A stretch of 64,000 bases of DNA, from contig CAWCDG010000003.1 in NCBI GenBank assembly GCA_963794325.1, positions 224,001 to 288,000 of the forward strand, written 5' to 3'. The position numbers were made by a program, and so were the translations under genes. Shown one piece after another: positions 51,275-63,609 of this stretch. The stretch is from an uncultured delta proteobacterium (GTDB lineage: Bacteria > Desulfobacterota > Binatia > Binatales > Binataceae). The notes below the pieces were generated by a model that searched no databases, was not told where the DNA came from, and worked only from the letters and a program-made list of their open reading frames with translations. The first letter of the stretch is position 1. Each line of letters starts with the position of its first letter.

Positions 51275-52279
51275 TTAACGTGTCAGGACCGCGCGGAAGC
51301 GGACTTTGCCGGTTATCATTCGGTCGTAGGCTTGTTCGGCTTGTTCAATCGGGAACGTCTCGATCATCGCGCGCACTCCCGTCTGCGCGGCAAACTTGAG
51401 CGTATCCTCCGAATCCTTCGAGGTCCCCGCCGGCCATCCCGTGATCGTCCTTTGTCCGCCGATTAACTGGAGCGACGAGACGGAGAAGGGTTCCGCGCTC
51501 GCGCCGACGATCACCAATCTTCCTTTCACACCGAGCCCGTCCACCAGCGGGCCGAACGATTTCGCGTCGGGCGCGGTCGCCAGGATCGCACTTGCGCCTC
51601 CTTCCTTCATCAACTCGGCGGCGACGTCCTGCCTGGCGCTGTCTATATAACGCCGCGCGCCCAATTTCAGCGCGAGCGTCTGCTTGTCCTCGCCGCGTCC
51701 GATCGCGATCGTGTCGAAGCCGAACTTTGACGCCCACTGAATACCCAAATGCCCCAGTCCGCCGATTCCCTGGATCGCAACGACATCGCCGGGCCCCGCG
51801 CCGCTGTGCCGGAGCGCATTGAAGGTCGTGATACCGGCGCACATCAGCGGCGCCGCTTCTTCCGGCCGTAACGAGTCGGGAACATGCGCGAGCGCCTCGA
51901 CCGGTGCGACAACCTGCGCCGCGTAGCCGCCGTCGTAGCTGATTCCGGGAATCTTCAGGAATTTGCAGTTGACAAAATCGCCGCGCCGGCACGGATCGCA
52001 TCGAAAGCAGTTTCCACCGTGCCATCCGACTCCAACCCGGTCGCCCACTTTCCAATCGCCGACATCTTCGCCGAGCGCGTCGATCACCCCGGCAATCTCG
52101 TGTCCGGGCGATCGCGGATAGGTGATTCCCGGCCACGCTCCCTCCTTCGTAAACGAGTCGCTGTGACATACTCCGCACGCTTGAACTTTAATCCGAACCT
52201 GTCCGCGCGCCGGCTCGACGATTTTATCGTCAAATGCTTTGAAGGGACCCTTAGCTTGTTCGACTCGAATGGATTTCAT
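51275..52279 (-). CDS. Zinc-dependent alcohol dehydrogenase
   Basis: CGVCHSD, PGHE, C..C..C..G, GIGGLGH. Confidence 0.93.
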   Translation of the reverse strand: MKSIRVEQAKGPFKAFDDKIVEPARGQVRIKVQACGVCHSDSFTKEGAWPGITYPRSPGHEIAGVIDALGEDVGDWKVGDRVGVGWHGGNCFRCDPCRRGDFVNCKFLKIPGISYDGGYAAQVVAPVEALAHVPDSLRPEEAAPLMCAGITTFNALRHSGAGPGDVVAIQGIGGLGHLGIQWASKFGFDTIAIGRGEDKQTLALKLGARRYIDSARQDVAAELMKEGGASAILATAPDAKSFGPLVDGLGVKGRLVIVGASAEPFSVSSLQLIGGQRTITGWPAGTSKDSEDTLKFAAQTGVRAMIETFPIEQAEQAYDRMITGKVRFRAVLTR

Positions 52280-52391
52280 GATTTATCTCCACACGTTCGA
52301 GTATCGGTCATCATCAGAATTACGCCGGTGTCCGAGTTGTGTCAGCACTGAAGATGGGAGCGGAAATCGAAAAGGTGCTACTCTAACTGCG

Positions 52392-52735
52392 CCGGAGTGA
52401 GTCGGGCGATCGCTTCCCTTCAATGGGAAGAGGAAAGTCCGGGCTCCGTAGGGCAGGATGGCCGCTAACGGCGGCGCGGAGCGATCCGCGGAAAGTGGCA
52501 CAGAAAATACACCGCCCGAAAGGGTAAGGGTGAAATGGTGGGGTAAGAGCCCACCGGCGCACGAGTGATCGAGCGCGCATGCCAAACCCCATCCGGAGCA
52601 AGACCAAATAGGAGGCTGAGCGGCCCGCTCTTAAGGCCTCGGGTATGGTCGCATGAGCCGTCGAGCAATCGACGGCCTAGAGGAATGATCGCCGCCCGCA
52701 AGGGACACAGAACCCGGCTTACAGACTCACTCCGG
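52392..52735 (+). ncRNA. rnpB: RNase P RNA, class A
   Basis: GAGGAAAGTCCGGGCT, ACAGAAA, GGGTGAAA, GGTAAGAG, AGAACCCGGCTTA; ends pair as CCGGAGTGAGTC/GACTCACTCCGG. Confidence 0.97.
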
Positions 52736-52781
52736 TTTCTTTTGGTGAATTGGCGTCTTGAGAGGGAGAGTCCTACCCGCA

Positions 52782-52826
52782 TCCGGTTTCCCCTTCCCAC
52801 GATGGGAAGGGGTTAGGGGTTAGGTT
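52782..52826 (+). repeat. Hairpin plus GGGGTTA repeat, copy 2
   Basis: TCCGGTTTCCCCTTCCCACGATGGGAAGGGGTTAGGGGTTAGGTT. Confidence 0.85.
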
Positions 52827-54037
52827 CCCTCGAAGGCATTCACCTCGCGCGCCGCCTTCTCCAATCCTCGCAACACCCCAGTCCCCGACATCACGTATCC
52901 CGCCACTCTCGACAGCGCCGCCAAATCCCGCACCCCGACTTCAATCTCAGGCGCGATCGCCAGCCGCACTCCCTTCGGCAACTCCCGCGCAAACGCCGCA
53001 ACGCGCTCGATCTCGTCGAGCGTCCGCTTACGATATTCCTCAAAATAATGGACCAGCCGGCCGAACCCGTTTGCGCTGGCGCCGTCTCTTCCCATCGACG
53101 ATCGCAATTCGGAAATCGCCGCCAGATGACTCAGCGGACGCTCCGCGGAGTCCGCGACCGCCGTCCAGGTCCGCTCATCGAGGAAGCGATTGATCACGAT
53201 TGCGGAGAGCTTGAGTCCCTCGGCATCCATTTGAGAAAGCAGTTCGCGCGCTTGTCGGATTCGATCGGGCTCCGCCGTCGTCACCATCACGAATTTCACC
53301 GCCGGCGAATGGAGCAGCGCCTCAGTCTTCTGCAGCCGGTCGATAATCGCGTCCATGCTCTCAGCCATCGCCGCGAAAAAGTCCGTGATCGTCGAGAGCA
53401 CCGTCGTGCCGGCAAACCGCTCGAGTTCGCGGACGACGAATCGCGCCGCATTGCTCGCGACCTTCATCGCAATCCGGCTCGCCGACAGCGACGGCGTGAA
53501 CAGCCATCGCGCGGCGCGTGAATCGAGCAGCCGAATCAGCTTGGCCGGCGTCTGCAGGAACTCGAACGAATGCGACGCGGGCGGAGTATCGACGACTTCG
53601 AGATCGAACGCGCCCGTTTGATGAAGATCGTAGAGCCGCTGCAGCGCCGCGAACGCCTCCGATCCCGCGAACTCCGCCGTCAGGCTTTTGTAGAACGGAT
53701 TATCGAAAATTTTTTCTCGCGTCGCCGAGTCCGTAACAAATCGCTTGATGACGGCGTCCCATTCTCCCGATACATCGAGCATCATCGCGGACAACTGAAG
53801 ATGGGTGTCGAGTCCAGCCGCCGCAAGCTGTCGCGCGCCGATTCTGGTCGGCTGCCCGCCCAGCCGCGCGAGCCCAAGCGCATCGCGGAGCCGCTTTGAC
53901 GGATCTACTGTAATCACCGCGCTGTTGAGATTCGCGGACGCCCCGGCCAGCGCAAGCGCCGCCGCAATCGTGGTCTTCCCGACCCCGCCAGTCCCGAGCA
54001 AAATCGGAATCGAGCCTTTAGTAAGCAGGTCTTTCAA
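52820..54037 (-). CDS. ArsA/GET3-related P-loop ATPase
   Basis: GTGGVGKTT, TVDP..RL.DALG, VVDTPP. Confidence 0.85.
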   Translation of the reverse strand: MKDLLTKGSIPILLGTGGVGKTTIAAALALAGASANLNSAVITVDPSKRLRDALGLARLGGQPTRIGARQLAAAGLDTHLQLSAMMLDVSGEWDAVIKRFVTDSATREKIFDNPFYKSLTAEFAGSEAFAALQRLYDLHQTGAFDLEVVDTPPASHSFEFLQTPAKLIRLLDSRAARWLFTPSLSASRIAMKVASNAARFVVRELERFAGTTVLSTITDFFAAMAESMDAIIDRLQKTEALLHSPAVKFVMVTTAEPDRIRQARELLSQMDAEGLKLSAIVINRFLDERTWTAVADSAERPLSHLAAISELRSSMGRDGASANGFGRLVHYFEEYRKRTLDEIERVAAFARELPKGVRLAIAPEIEVGVRDLAALSRVAGYVMSGTGVLRGLEKAAREVNAFEGT

Positions 54038-54102
54038 CTGTCGACTCCGTCGAACTACACAATATCAGGCCCACTCCATATTTCCTCAACGAATCTTCCT
54101 TT

Positions 54103-54146
54103 TTCCGGTTCCCTTTCCCGCTCGGGAAGGGGTTAGGGGTTAGGTT
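54103..54146 (+). repeat. Hairpin plus GGGGTTA repeat, copy 3
   Basis: TTCCGGTTCCCTTTCCCGCTCGGGAAGGGGTTAGGGGTTAGGTT. Confidence 0.85.
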
Positions 54147-54280
54147 GCCGCGACAGGCGGCATGCGCCCACTGCGACAACCGTTGTCATCTCGGCGCGGT
54201 AAGATGTGGACACTCGAGTTCGACGCCGACACAGATCGGGGAATACAATTCTGACCGGAAGTGGAGTGGGAGGTGGTTTG

Positions 54281-55549
54281 ATGGAGCCGGAAATAGTGGT
54301 GGCGGCGTTGGCCGTTCTGAGCGTCCTGTCGATTGCGGGGTTTCTGATCGTACTTCGGAAGCTGCGCTCGCTTCCCGCAAATGATTCCTTCGCAAAATTC
54401 GCGGATCATCTCGACATCGTCGCGCGCAGCCTCGACGAAAAATTGACCCAGACGCGCACCGACCTCGCCGGACGCCTCCAGCAAGCGCAGGGCGATCTCA
54501 GCCTCGCGACCGCCGATCGATTGTCGAAAGGGTTCCTCAATCTCAACGCAGCATTGGAGCAGCATCTCTCGGCTGGACGCCAGGAGCAGGCGAATTCGCT
54601 CAAGCTCGAGATTTCCGCGCTGACCACGCAGACCCGGGAAAGTATCGAGGCGATTCGCTCCGATGTCGGCGAGAAGCTCACCGCGATTACCACCACCGTG
54701 CAGGTGAAGCTCGATCAGAATATCAAGGACGGCTTTGCGCAGTTCGAGAAAGTGCAGAGCCATCTCAATGAAGCGCAGGAGCAGTTGAAAAATCTCGGCG
54801 TGATCGGCGCCTCAATCAACGACCTCAATAACCTGCTCAAGATGCCGCATCTGCGCGGACGTTTCGGCGAGCAGGGGCTCGAACGGCTGCTCGAGGACTT
54901 CCTGCCGCGTCATATGTACGACTTGCAGGCGTCGCCCGGCGGCGAAGGCTCCGGCCGCGTCGATGCGCTCATCAAGTTCCCCGACCGCGTGCTGCCGATC
55001 GACGCCAAGTTCCCGCGAGAGCAAGTGCTCGCCTTGTTCGAAACCAACGATCCTCAGGCGCTTGATCAGGCGCGCGTCGAATTCGAGCGCGTGATGAAGG
55101 AGCAGGCCAAGCGAATCGCCGGTTACATCCGGCCCGAAGCGGGCACCACCGACATGGCGCTGATGTATCTCCCGAGCGAGACGCTCTATATGGAAGCGGT
55201 ACTCAACGCGGAGCTGAGCGATTGGCTGAACAAGAAGCGTGTTTATCCCGTGTCACCGAACACGCTGATCGTGACGCTGCAATCGATCCAGATGGTTTTC
55301 AAAATGTACGAGTACGCGAAGGGGCATGAGCGCGCGACCGAGGAATTGAAGAAGGCGCAGAACGCGTTTGGCCATTTCGAGAATCAGTTCGAGGCACTGG
55401 GCAAGTCATTGTCGAAAGCGCAGGACGCCTTCGAGGTCGCGAAAGGGCATCTGACGAAATATCGCAATCGCGTGACGGGGCTGACTGGGGAGCCGGCGCC
55501 TGAGTTGGAATTTCCGCCGCCGCCGACGAATCTGCGGGAGATTGCGTAG
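54281..55549 (+). CDS. rmuC: DNA recombination protein RmuC
   Basis: N-terminal TM, coiled coil, RG.FGE..L, PIDAKFP, A.MYLPSE, VSP.TL. Confidence 0.92.
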   Translation: MEPEIVVAALAVLSVLSIAGFLIVLRKLRSLPANDSFAKFADHLDIVARSLDEKLTQTRTDLAGRLQQAQGDLSLATADRLSKGFLNLNAALEQHLSAGRQEQANSLKLEISALTTQTRESIEAIRSDVGEKLTAITTTVQVKLDQNIKDGFAQFEKVQSHLNEAQEQLKNLGVIGASINDLNNLLKMPHLRGRFGEQGLERLLEDFLPRHMYDLQASPGGEGSGRVDALIKFPDRVLPIDAKFPREQVLALFETNDPQALDQARVEFERVMKEQAKRIAGYIRPEAGTTDMALMYLPSETLYMEAVLNAELSDWLNKKRVYPVSPNTLIVTLQSIQMVFKMYEYAKGHERATEELKKAQNAFGHFENQFEALGKSLSKAQDAFEVAKGHLTKYRNRVTGLTGEPAPELEFPPPPTNLREIA

Positions 55550-55687
55550 GATAGGAGCGCGCGCAGCGCGCGAACTCAGAAACCGGAACCGGCTTCGCTG
55601 AGGCGAAGCTGTCCGAGGCCCGTTCCTCCCGTCGCTACGCTCCCGTCGTCAGGGTGACACATCGGGCTCGCGTCGCTCGCTAACAAA

Positions 55688-56878
55688 CTATTCGGATTCT
55701 TGATCGGACGGGGGTGGGGGTTTTAGTTGGCTGCGTTCTTTGCCGGCGACGATCCATCGCTCGACTTCGTGGCGCTCTCTCTTTAAGAAGCCGGCGATTG
55801 CGCGCTTTAGGTCCGGGTTCGAGACGTAGTGGATGCTGCGCGTTAGCGCGGGATCGAAGCCGCGCAGCCATTTGTATTCGCCGCCGGCGCCTGGCTCGTA
55901 GCGCTGGATGCCGTGCAGGATCGAGTGCTCGATTCCCGCGTAGTAGCACACGTTGAAGTGCAGGAAGCGATAATCGCGGAAGCATCCCCAGTAGCGGCCG
56001 TACATCACGTTAGCCTTCGCCAGATTGACCGCGCCCGCGACGAGTTCGCGCCCCGCATACGCGCCGATGAAAACCATGTTGCGCTTGAACGTCTTGCGCA
56101 GGAGATCGAAAAAATCCGGGGTCAGATACTGACGGCCCCAGTACAGCTTCTCGATTGTCGAGCAGTAGATTCGGTACATGTCGGCGAAAGTCTTGTCGGG
56201 AATTTCTTCGCCCGCCGTCACGCGGATGTGAACGCCCTGATCGTCCATCGCGGCGCGTTCATGACGAACCGCCGTGCGACGCTTGTGCTTCAGGCGATCG
56301 AGGTAGTCGTCGAAGGTCGCGAAGCCCGCGTTGTGCCAATGATACTGATAGCCAAGCCGCTCCATGAATCCGATCGGCGCGAGCGCGGCGGCCTCGTCGG
56401 GCTCGCAGAAGTTGACGTGCACGCTCGAGAGTTTGTTGTCCTCGCAAATCGAGGTGAGCGCGAGGCCGAGCAGATTTATCAGGCCGCCGCGATCGGCGCC
56501 CGGCGCGGTGAGAAATCGGCGTCCGGTATGCGGCGTGAACGGCACGCCGACCAGAATTTTCGGGAAGTAGCGCAGCCCGGCGCGCTCGGCCGCGTCGGCC
56601 CATCCGTGATCGAACACGAACTCGCCCATGCTGTGCGTTTTGAGGTAGAGCGGGCAAGCCGCGACGATTTGTTTTTTGGGGCCTTGGCGAACAATCAGAT
56701 GATAGGGGGCCCAGCCGGTGTCGCGCGCGGCCGATCCGGATTGCTCCATCGCGCGCAGCCAGTCCCATTCGACGAACGGCGAGTCGTCGGGTGCGAGCAA
56801 ACTGTCCCACGCATCACGCGAAATTTTGTCGATTCCCTCGACGATTGCTACGTCGAGCCTTGGCGCAGCTTCATTCAT
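55688..56878 (-). CDS. FemAB-like GNAT protein (DUF482 type)
   Basis: YLK.HS.GEFVFD..WA.A, VPFTP.TG.R, YGRYWG, LHF..CYY, GAGG..K..RGF.P. Confidence 0.9.
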   Translation of the reverse strand: MNEAAPRLDVAIVEGIDKISRDAWDSLLAPDDSPFVEWDWLRAMEQSGSAARDTGWAPYHLIVRQGPKKQIVAACPLYLKTHSMGEFVFDHGWADAAERAGLRYFPKILVGVPFTPHTGRRFLTAPGADRGGLINLLGLALTSICEDNKLSSVHVNFCEPDEAAALAPIGFMERLGYQYHWHNAGFATFDDYLDRLKHKRRTAVRHERAAMDDQGVHIRVTAGEEIPDKTFADMYRIYCSTIEKLYWGRQYLTPDFFDLLRKTFKRNMVFIGAYAGRELVAGAVNLAKANVMYGRYWGCFRDYRFLHFNVCYYAGIEHSILHGIQRYEPGAGGEYKWLRGFDPALTRSIHYVSNPDLKRAIAGFLKRERHEVERWIVAGKERSQLKPPPPSDQESE

Positions 56879-57002
56879 TGCACAGTCAAAGTATCAGACT
56901 TATCGCAATCGAACCGAATTTCTCTGGATCCTCTCTAGGCATCGCCGGATTTGTTATTATATTTATCAGACGGGGCGAGGTGCTCCGAGCGATCGAGGTG
57001 TG

Positions 57003-57377
57003 ATGGCAGATTTGCTGCGCAAAATTTCGGCGCGAATCACCGACGGTGACGGCAGTGGCGACGGCCGCTCCGGCGACAGCGATATCGTTACCGAGCGCAA
57101 GACCCGCACCAAGTCCAAGACCGCCAAGCCGCCTCTGTACAAAGTAATTTTGCTCAATGACGACTACACGCCAATGGAATTTGTCGTCGAAGTTTTGAAG
57201 GCCGTATTTCACAAACCGCATGCGGATGCGACGCGAATCATGCTGCACGTGCATCAGAACGGGATGGGCGTCGCGGGCGTGTATCCTTTCGAAGTCGCGG
57301 AGACCAAGACCAACACCGTCGAGGAACTCGCGCGGCAGGCCGAGTATCCGCTCAAATGCGTGATGGAAAAGGAGTAG
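57003..57377 (+). CDS. clpS: ClpAP adaptor ClpS
   Basis: [26 protein letters not shown]. Confidence 0.96.
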   Translation: MADLLRKISARITDGDGSGDGRSGDSDIVTERKTRTKSKTAKPPLYKVILLNDDYTPMEFVVEVLKAVFHKPHADATRIMLHVHQNGMGVAGVYPFEVAETKTNTVEELARQAEYPLKCVMEKE

Positions 57378-57417
57378 CCAGGCAGTACCATCGATGGCTT
57401 CATCGAATAACAACATT

Positions 57418-59740
<2,323 letters not shown>

Positions 59741-59748
59741 TCTGGTCT

Positions 59749-59770
59749 CCTCCTCCCACGTGGGAGGAGG
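59749..59770. terminator. Perfect 22-bp palindrome between convergent clpA and nadB
   Basis: CCTCCTCCCACGTGGGAGGAGG; no U-tract, so it may be a REP. Confidence 0.5.
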
Positions 59771-59781
59771 GAATTCGGACT

Positions 59782-61413
59782 TCAGATCTGATCGAGCGGC
59801 TTTTGCAGTACCGTTGGATGCACGAATTCTGCGCCGGCCGTTTCGGGATGATCGATGTTGTAGTGCAGGCCGCGGGACTCGCGGCGGTTCATCGCGGAGC
59901 GTACGACCAGCTCCGCGACCTTCGCCAGGTTGCGCAACTCGATCGTGTCGGCGTCGAGCAGATGGTCCCAGTAGTAGCTGTGGATCTCGTCCTTGACCAA
60001 CTCGATTCGGCGCAGCGCGCGCTCGAGGCGCCGGTCGCTGCGCACGATGCCGACGTAGTTCCACATCAGGCGGCGAATCTCGTCCCAGCTCTGCGTGATC
60101 ATCACGCGCTCTTCGCTGCGAATCGCGCGGCCGGGATCCCATTCGGGAAACTCCGGCGGCGCGCCACCTCCTGACACAACGATTTCGCGCGCCGACGCGA
60201 AGCCGCGACGGCCCATCACCGCCGCCTCGAGCAGCGAGTTCGACGCAAGCCGGTTGGCGCCATGCAGTCCCGTCATCGCGACTTCGCCGGCTGCGTACAG
60301 GCGCGGTATCGAGGTGCGTCCGTCGAGGTCGGTCTGCACACCGCCGCACATATAATGAGCCGCCGGCACCACCGGAATGGGGCCTTTGGTGAGGTCGTAG
60401 CCAAAGCTCAAGCATCGCTTGAAGATATTCGGAAACCGCTTTTTGATGAAATCGGCCTCGCGATGGCTCAGATCCAGATACACGAAATCCAGGCCATGGC
60501 GCTTCATCTCGGAATCGATCGCGCGTGCAACGACGTCGCGCGGCGCCAGTTCGGCGTCCGGATGGTAGCGCTTCATGAAGGCGGTCCCGTCGGGCAGTTT
60601 CAGAATCGCGCCCTCGCCGCGCAGCGCCTCGGAAATCAGAAAAGACTTGGCGGCAGGATGGTACAGGCAGGTCGGATGGAACTGGTAGAACTCGAGATTC
60701 GCGACCGACGCTCCCGCCCGATACGCCATCGCGACGCCGTCGCCCGACGCGATGTCGGGATTGGTCGTGTAGAGATAGACCTTGCCGGCGCCACCGGTCG
60801 CGAGCATCGTGGCGCGCGAAATCACTTTGCGAATTTCGTGAGTGGTGCGATCGAGCGCATAGACGCCCCAGCATGCGCCGGGCTTGCCGGCGCTGGGAGT
60901 CTCGACCAGCAGATTGATCGCGACGTGATTTTCCAGAGTGCGGATATTGGGGCGAGCGGCTGCAGCTGCGGTCAGCGCGCGCATTATCTCGCGGCCGGTG
61001 AGATCCTGAGCGTGAAGCACCCGGCGATGGCTATGCCCGCCTTCCTGGCCGAGGTCGTATTCGAGCTCGTTGTCGTCGGTGCCCGTGTTCTCGACGCGGG
61101 TGAAGCGAGTGCCGAGCCGGATCAGCTCGCGCACCGCCTCGGGACCTTCGCGCACGATAGTCTCCACCGCGGCGCGATCGCACAGGCCGGCGCCCGCGCG
61201 CAACGTATCCTCTATATGCGATTCGAACGAGTCGTCGACGCTCCACACGCTGGCGATTCCGCCTTGCGCATATGCGGTGTTGGCCTCGGAGCTGCCGGCC
61301 TTGGTGAGCACGGTGACGGTGCCGACTTCGGAGGCCTTAAGAGCGAAGGTCAGGCCCGCGATGCCGCCGCCGATTACCAGGAAGTCGCTGAACAGTTGCG
61401 CGTTGTGCCTCAT
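59782..61413 (-). CDS. nadB: L-aspartate oxidase
   Basis: YAQGGIA, EGGHS.RR, QFHPT, LISEALRGEG, LHGANRLASNSLLE, ESRGLH. Confidence 0.96.
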   Translation of the reverse strand: MRHNAQLFSDFLVIGGGIAGLTFALKASEVGTVTVLTKAGSSEANTAYAQGGIASVWSVDDSFESHIEDTLRAGAGLCDRAAVETIVREGPEAVRELIRLGTRFTRVENTGTDDNELEYDLGQEGGHSHRRVLHAQDLTGREIMRALTAAAAARPNIRTLENHVAINLLVETPSAGKPGACWGVYALDRTTHEIRKVISRATMLATGGAGKVYLYTTNPDIASGDGVAMAYRAGASVANLEFYQFHPTCLYHPAAKSFLISEALRGEGAILKLPDGTAFMKRYHPDAELAPRDVVARAIDSEMKRHGLDFVYLDLSHREADFIKKRFPNIFKRCLSFGYDLTKGPIPVVPAAHYMCGGVQTDLDGRTSIPRLYAAGEVAMTGLHGANRLASNSLLEAAVMGRRGFASAREIVVSGGGAPPEFPEWDPGRAIRSEERVMITQSWDEIRRLMWNYVGIVRSDRRLERALRRIELVKDEIHSYYWDHLLDADTIELRNLAKVAELVVRSAMNRRESRGLHYNIDHPETAGAEFVHPTVLQKPLDQI

Positions 61414-61582
61414 CAGTGTCCTCGTTGTGTCAATTTGACGCTACTCGGTCTGCGCTCGGCCAGTCAAGGCGATCGCGATGCTCGCGATTTGCCCCCTCTG
61501 GACGATTCCAATATTCTTGGGAGCGCAGATCGAAACGAAAAGACCTGAGATTCGTCTAGAGGCTGAGGGCAATCTCGTGCCG

Positions 61583-62164
61583 ATGACGCCGCCCAACATA
61601 GTCACGCTGTTCCGGATCGCCACTGCGCCGTTCCTGATCTGGATCCTGATGCACACCGGTCCAACCGCGTCGTGGCTCGCGGCGGCAGTATTCTTCGTCG
61701 CGACGGTGAGCGATTTCTTCGACGGCTACCTGGCGCGCAGCTACGACTACGTCACCACGCTCGGCAAATTTCTCGATCCGATGGCCGACAAGCTGGTGGT
61801 CACGACTGCGCTGATCATGCTCGCCGGGATGGCGCGATCGCCGCACGTGCCGGCCTGGATGGTGGTGGTGCTGGTGACGCGCGAAATAATGGTGACGGGA
61901 CTGCGCGCGGTCGCGGCGGCGGAAGGGCTGATCGTCGGCGCCGAGGAGCTCGGAAAATACAAGATGACGCTGCAGGCGATCGCGATTCACGGCCTGCTGA
62001 TTCATTACACGTATCTGCACGTCGATTTCTTCGCGGCCGGGATGTTTATCCTGTGGCTCGCGATGGCGGTGAGCGTCTGGTCGGGTATCGATTACTACGT
62101 GCGCGTCGTGCGCGAGCTGCGGCCGAAGCCAATCGCGGCGAGCAGCAAGCGCGCGGTGATTTGA
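61583..62164 (+). CDS. pgsA: CDP-diacylglycerol--glycerol-3-phosphate phosphatidyltransferase
   Basis: PN..T..RI, D..DGYLAR......GKFLDP.ADK; followed by tRNA-Gly. Confidence 0.93.
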   Translation: MTPPNIVTLFRIATAPFLIWILMHTGPTASWLAAAVFFVATVSDFFDGYLARSYDYVTTLGKFLDPMADKLVVTTALIMLAGMARSPHVPAWMVVVLVTREIMVTGLRAVAAAEGLIVGAEELGKYKMTLQAIAIHGLLIHYTYLHVDFFAAGMFILWLAMAVSVWSGIDYYVRVVRELRPKPIAASSKRAVI

Positions 62165-62216
62165 CAGGCGGCCTCGCGCCGGATAATCAGAAGGATTCGA
62201 TCTACCGGTTCGGAGA

Positions 62217-62292
62217 GCGGGTGTAGCTCAGTTGGTAGAGCGCGTGCTTGCCAAGCACGAGGTCGTCGGTTCGAAACCGATCACCCGCTCCA
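62217..62292 (+). tRNA. tRNA-Gly(GCC)
   Basis: GCGGGTGTAGCTCAGTTGGTAGAGC...CTTGCCAAG...GGTTCGAAACC...CACCCGCTCCA, 76 nt. Confidence 0.97.
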
Positions 62293-62381
62293 CATTAGGC
62301 AAACCATTAAAGGGTCATCGATGATGCCAGCACGATCCTCGGGAAACTGGTGGTCGGCGCGGCGGATGGAAGATTCAGAAG

Positions 62382-63515
62382 CTACGCAGTGAAGCGCAAT
62401 GAATCGGCGATAGCGCGGCTGGTGGCCGACCGCGCGGGAATCGCGGCGCTCAGCAGGCCGATCGCGGCTGCGACCGCCACGCTTTCGGTTGCGACGCTCG
62501 GCATCAGATGGAGACCGAACTCAGGGCCGAGCAGAGCGGGGCCGGCGAGGCGAAGGGCCACGTAGGAAATCGCGCATCCGACCGCACCTGCCACCAGACC
62601 CATCAGCAGGCCTTCGCCGACGATGAGGCCGATCAGCGAGGCGCGGGTGAAGCCAAGCGCGCGCATCACGGCGAGCTCGTTGCGTCGTTCGCGGACCGAC
62701 ATCGCGGCGGTATTCGCGGAGACCAGCGCGATCACGATCACCACGATTCCTGCAAACAACTCCGCGCCGACGAAGAGCAATCGAAAATCGTGAAGCTGCG
62801 ACTGGGCCACGCCGAGCTCGGTCTGGGTCGAGGTCTCGAAGGGGGCGTTGGCGAAACGCGCGTCGATTTCCTTGATCAGCGGCTGCGCGGACTCGGACGC
62901 GTCCGCTTTGACGAAAAAGATCGCGACCTTGCCCTGGAAGTCGGTGAGCTGGTTGAGCCGATCGATCGGCACGATCACGAAATTGTTGACCAGCTGGTTG
63001 CCCAGCGTGCCCGCGATGGTCAAATCTAGGTCGGCGGGGGGCGACAGTCCGTGCAGGATGATGTGGTCGCCGACCTTCCAGTTGAAGCGTTTCATCAGAG
63101 CGGGACCGACCAGCCCTGCCGAGCGTGAGCGCCCGAGCGCGGCGGCATCGCTGGCCGAGGCCCATTCAGGCCAGATGACGTGTAACTGATCGGGATCGAG
63201 ACCGACTACCGGTATCAGCTCGCCGGCCTTGCGATAGCTGGTCATCATGACGAGGTACCCGGTCATCGCGCTGACGTGCGGAAGATCGCGGATGGTCTCG
63301 GCGTAGGCGGCGGGCAGCAGGTAGCTGTACCCGGCCTTGTTGCCGCAGATGAGGCGCAGCGCGCTCACGCGATCGCGAAGAATCCGCGCCGCCACGGCGG
63401 GCACGCTCATCAGCGCGGCAAAGATGCAGGTCGAGACGGCGATCGACAGGACGCTGAGAATTGTGCGGCGGCGATTGCGCAGCAGGTTGCGGATGATCAG
63501 GGGAACGAACTTCAT
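62382..63515 (-). CDS. FtsX/MacB-family ABC transporter permease
   Basis: RNLLRNRRRT.L, ANT..MSVRER..E.AV.RALGF, C-terminal TM segments. Confidence 0.88.
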   Translation of the reverse strand: MKFVPLIIRNLLRNRRRTILSVLSIAVSTCIFAALMSVPAVAARILRDRVSALRLICGNKAGYSYLLPAAYAETIRDLPHVSAMTGYLVMMTSYRKAGELIPVVGLDPDQLHVIWPEWASASDAAALGRSRSAGLVGPALMKRFNWKVGDHIILHGLSPPADLDLTIAGTLGNQLVNNFVIVPIDRLNQLTDFQGKVAIFFVKADASESAQPLIKEIDARFANAPFETSTQTELGVAQSQLHDFRLLFVGAELFAGIVVIVIALVSANTAAMSVRERRNELAVMRALGFTRASLIGLIVGEGLLMGLVAGAVGCAISYVALRLAGPALLGPEFGLHLMPSVATESVAVAAAIGLLSAAIPARSATSRAIADSLRFTA

Positions 63516-63609
63516 CGATCGGCACGAGCGGTGCTGAGCGCTCGCCTCAAAATACAATACGGGTAGGCTCAAGTTGAAGGTGTCCAGTCATCGACAACGA
63601 GGTTCAACC

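Noticed and set aside
52782-54146. Repeats as a CRISPR array
   Set aside because: Copies are more than 1 kb apart or dispersed, with no regular spacers and no cas genes.
55550-55687. Short hairpins between rmuC and the GNAT gene as an ncRNA or repeat
   Set aside because: Small GC-rich stems with no second copy in the window; not distinguishable from background.
63562-63578. GGTAGGCTCAAGTTGAA as a degenerate IS end before the SDR gene
   Set aside because: Needs gaps to align, and any partner would lie outside the window; unsupported here.
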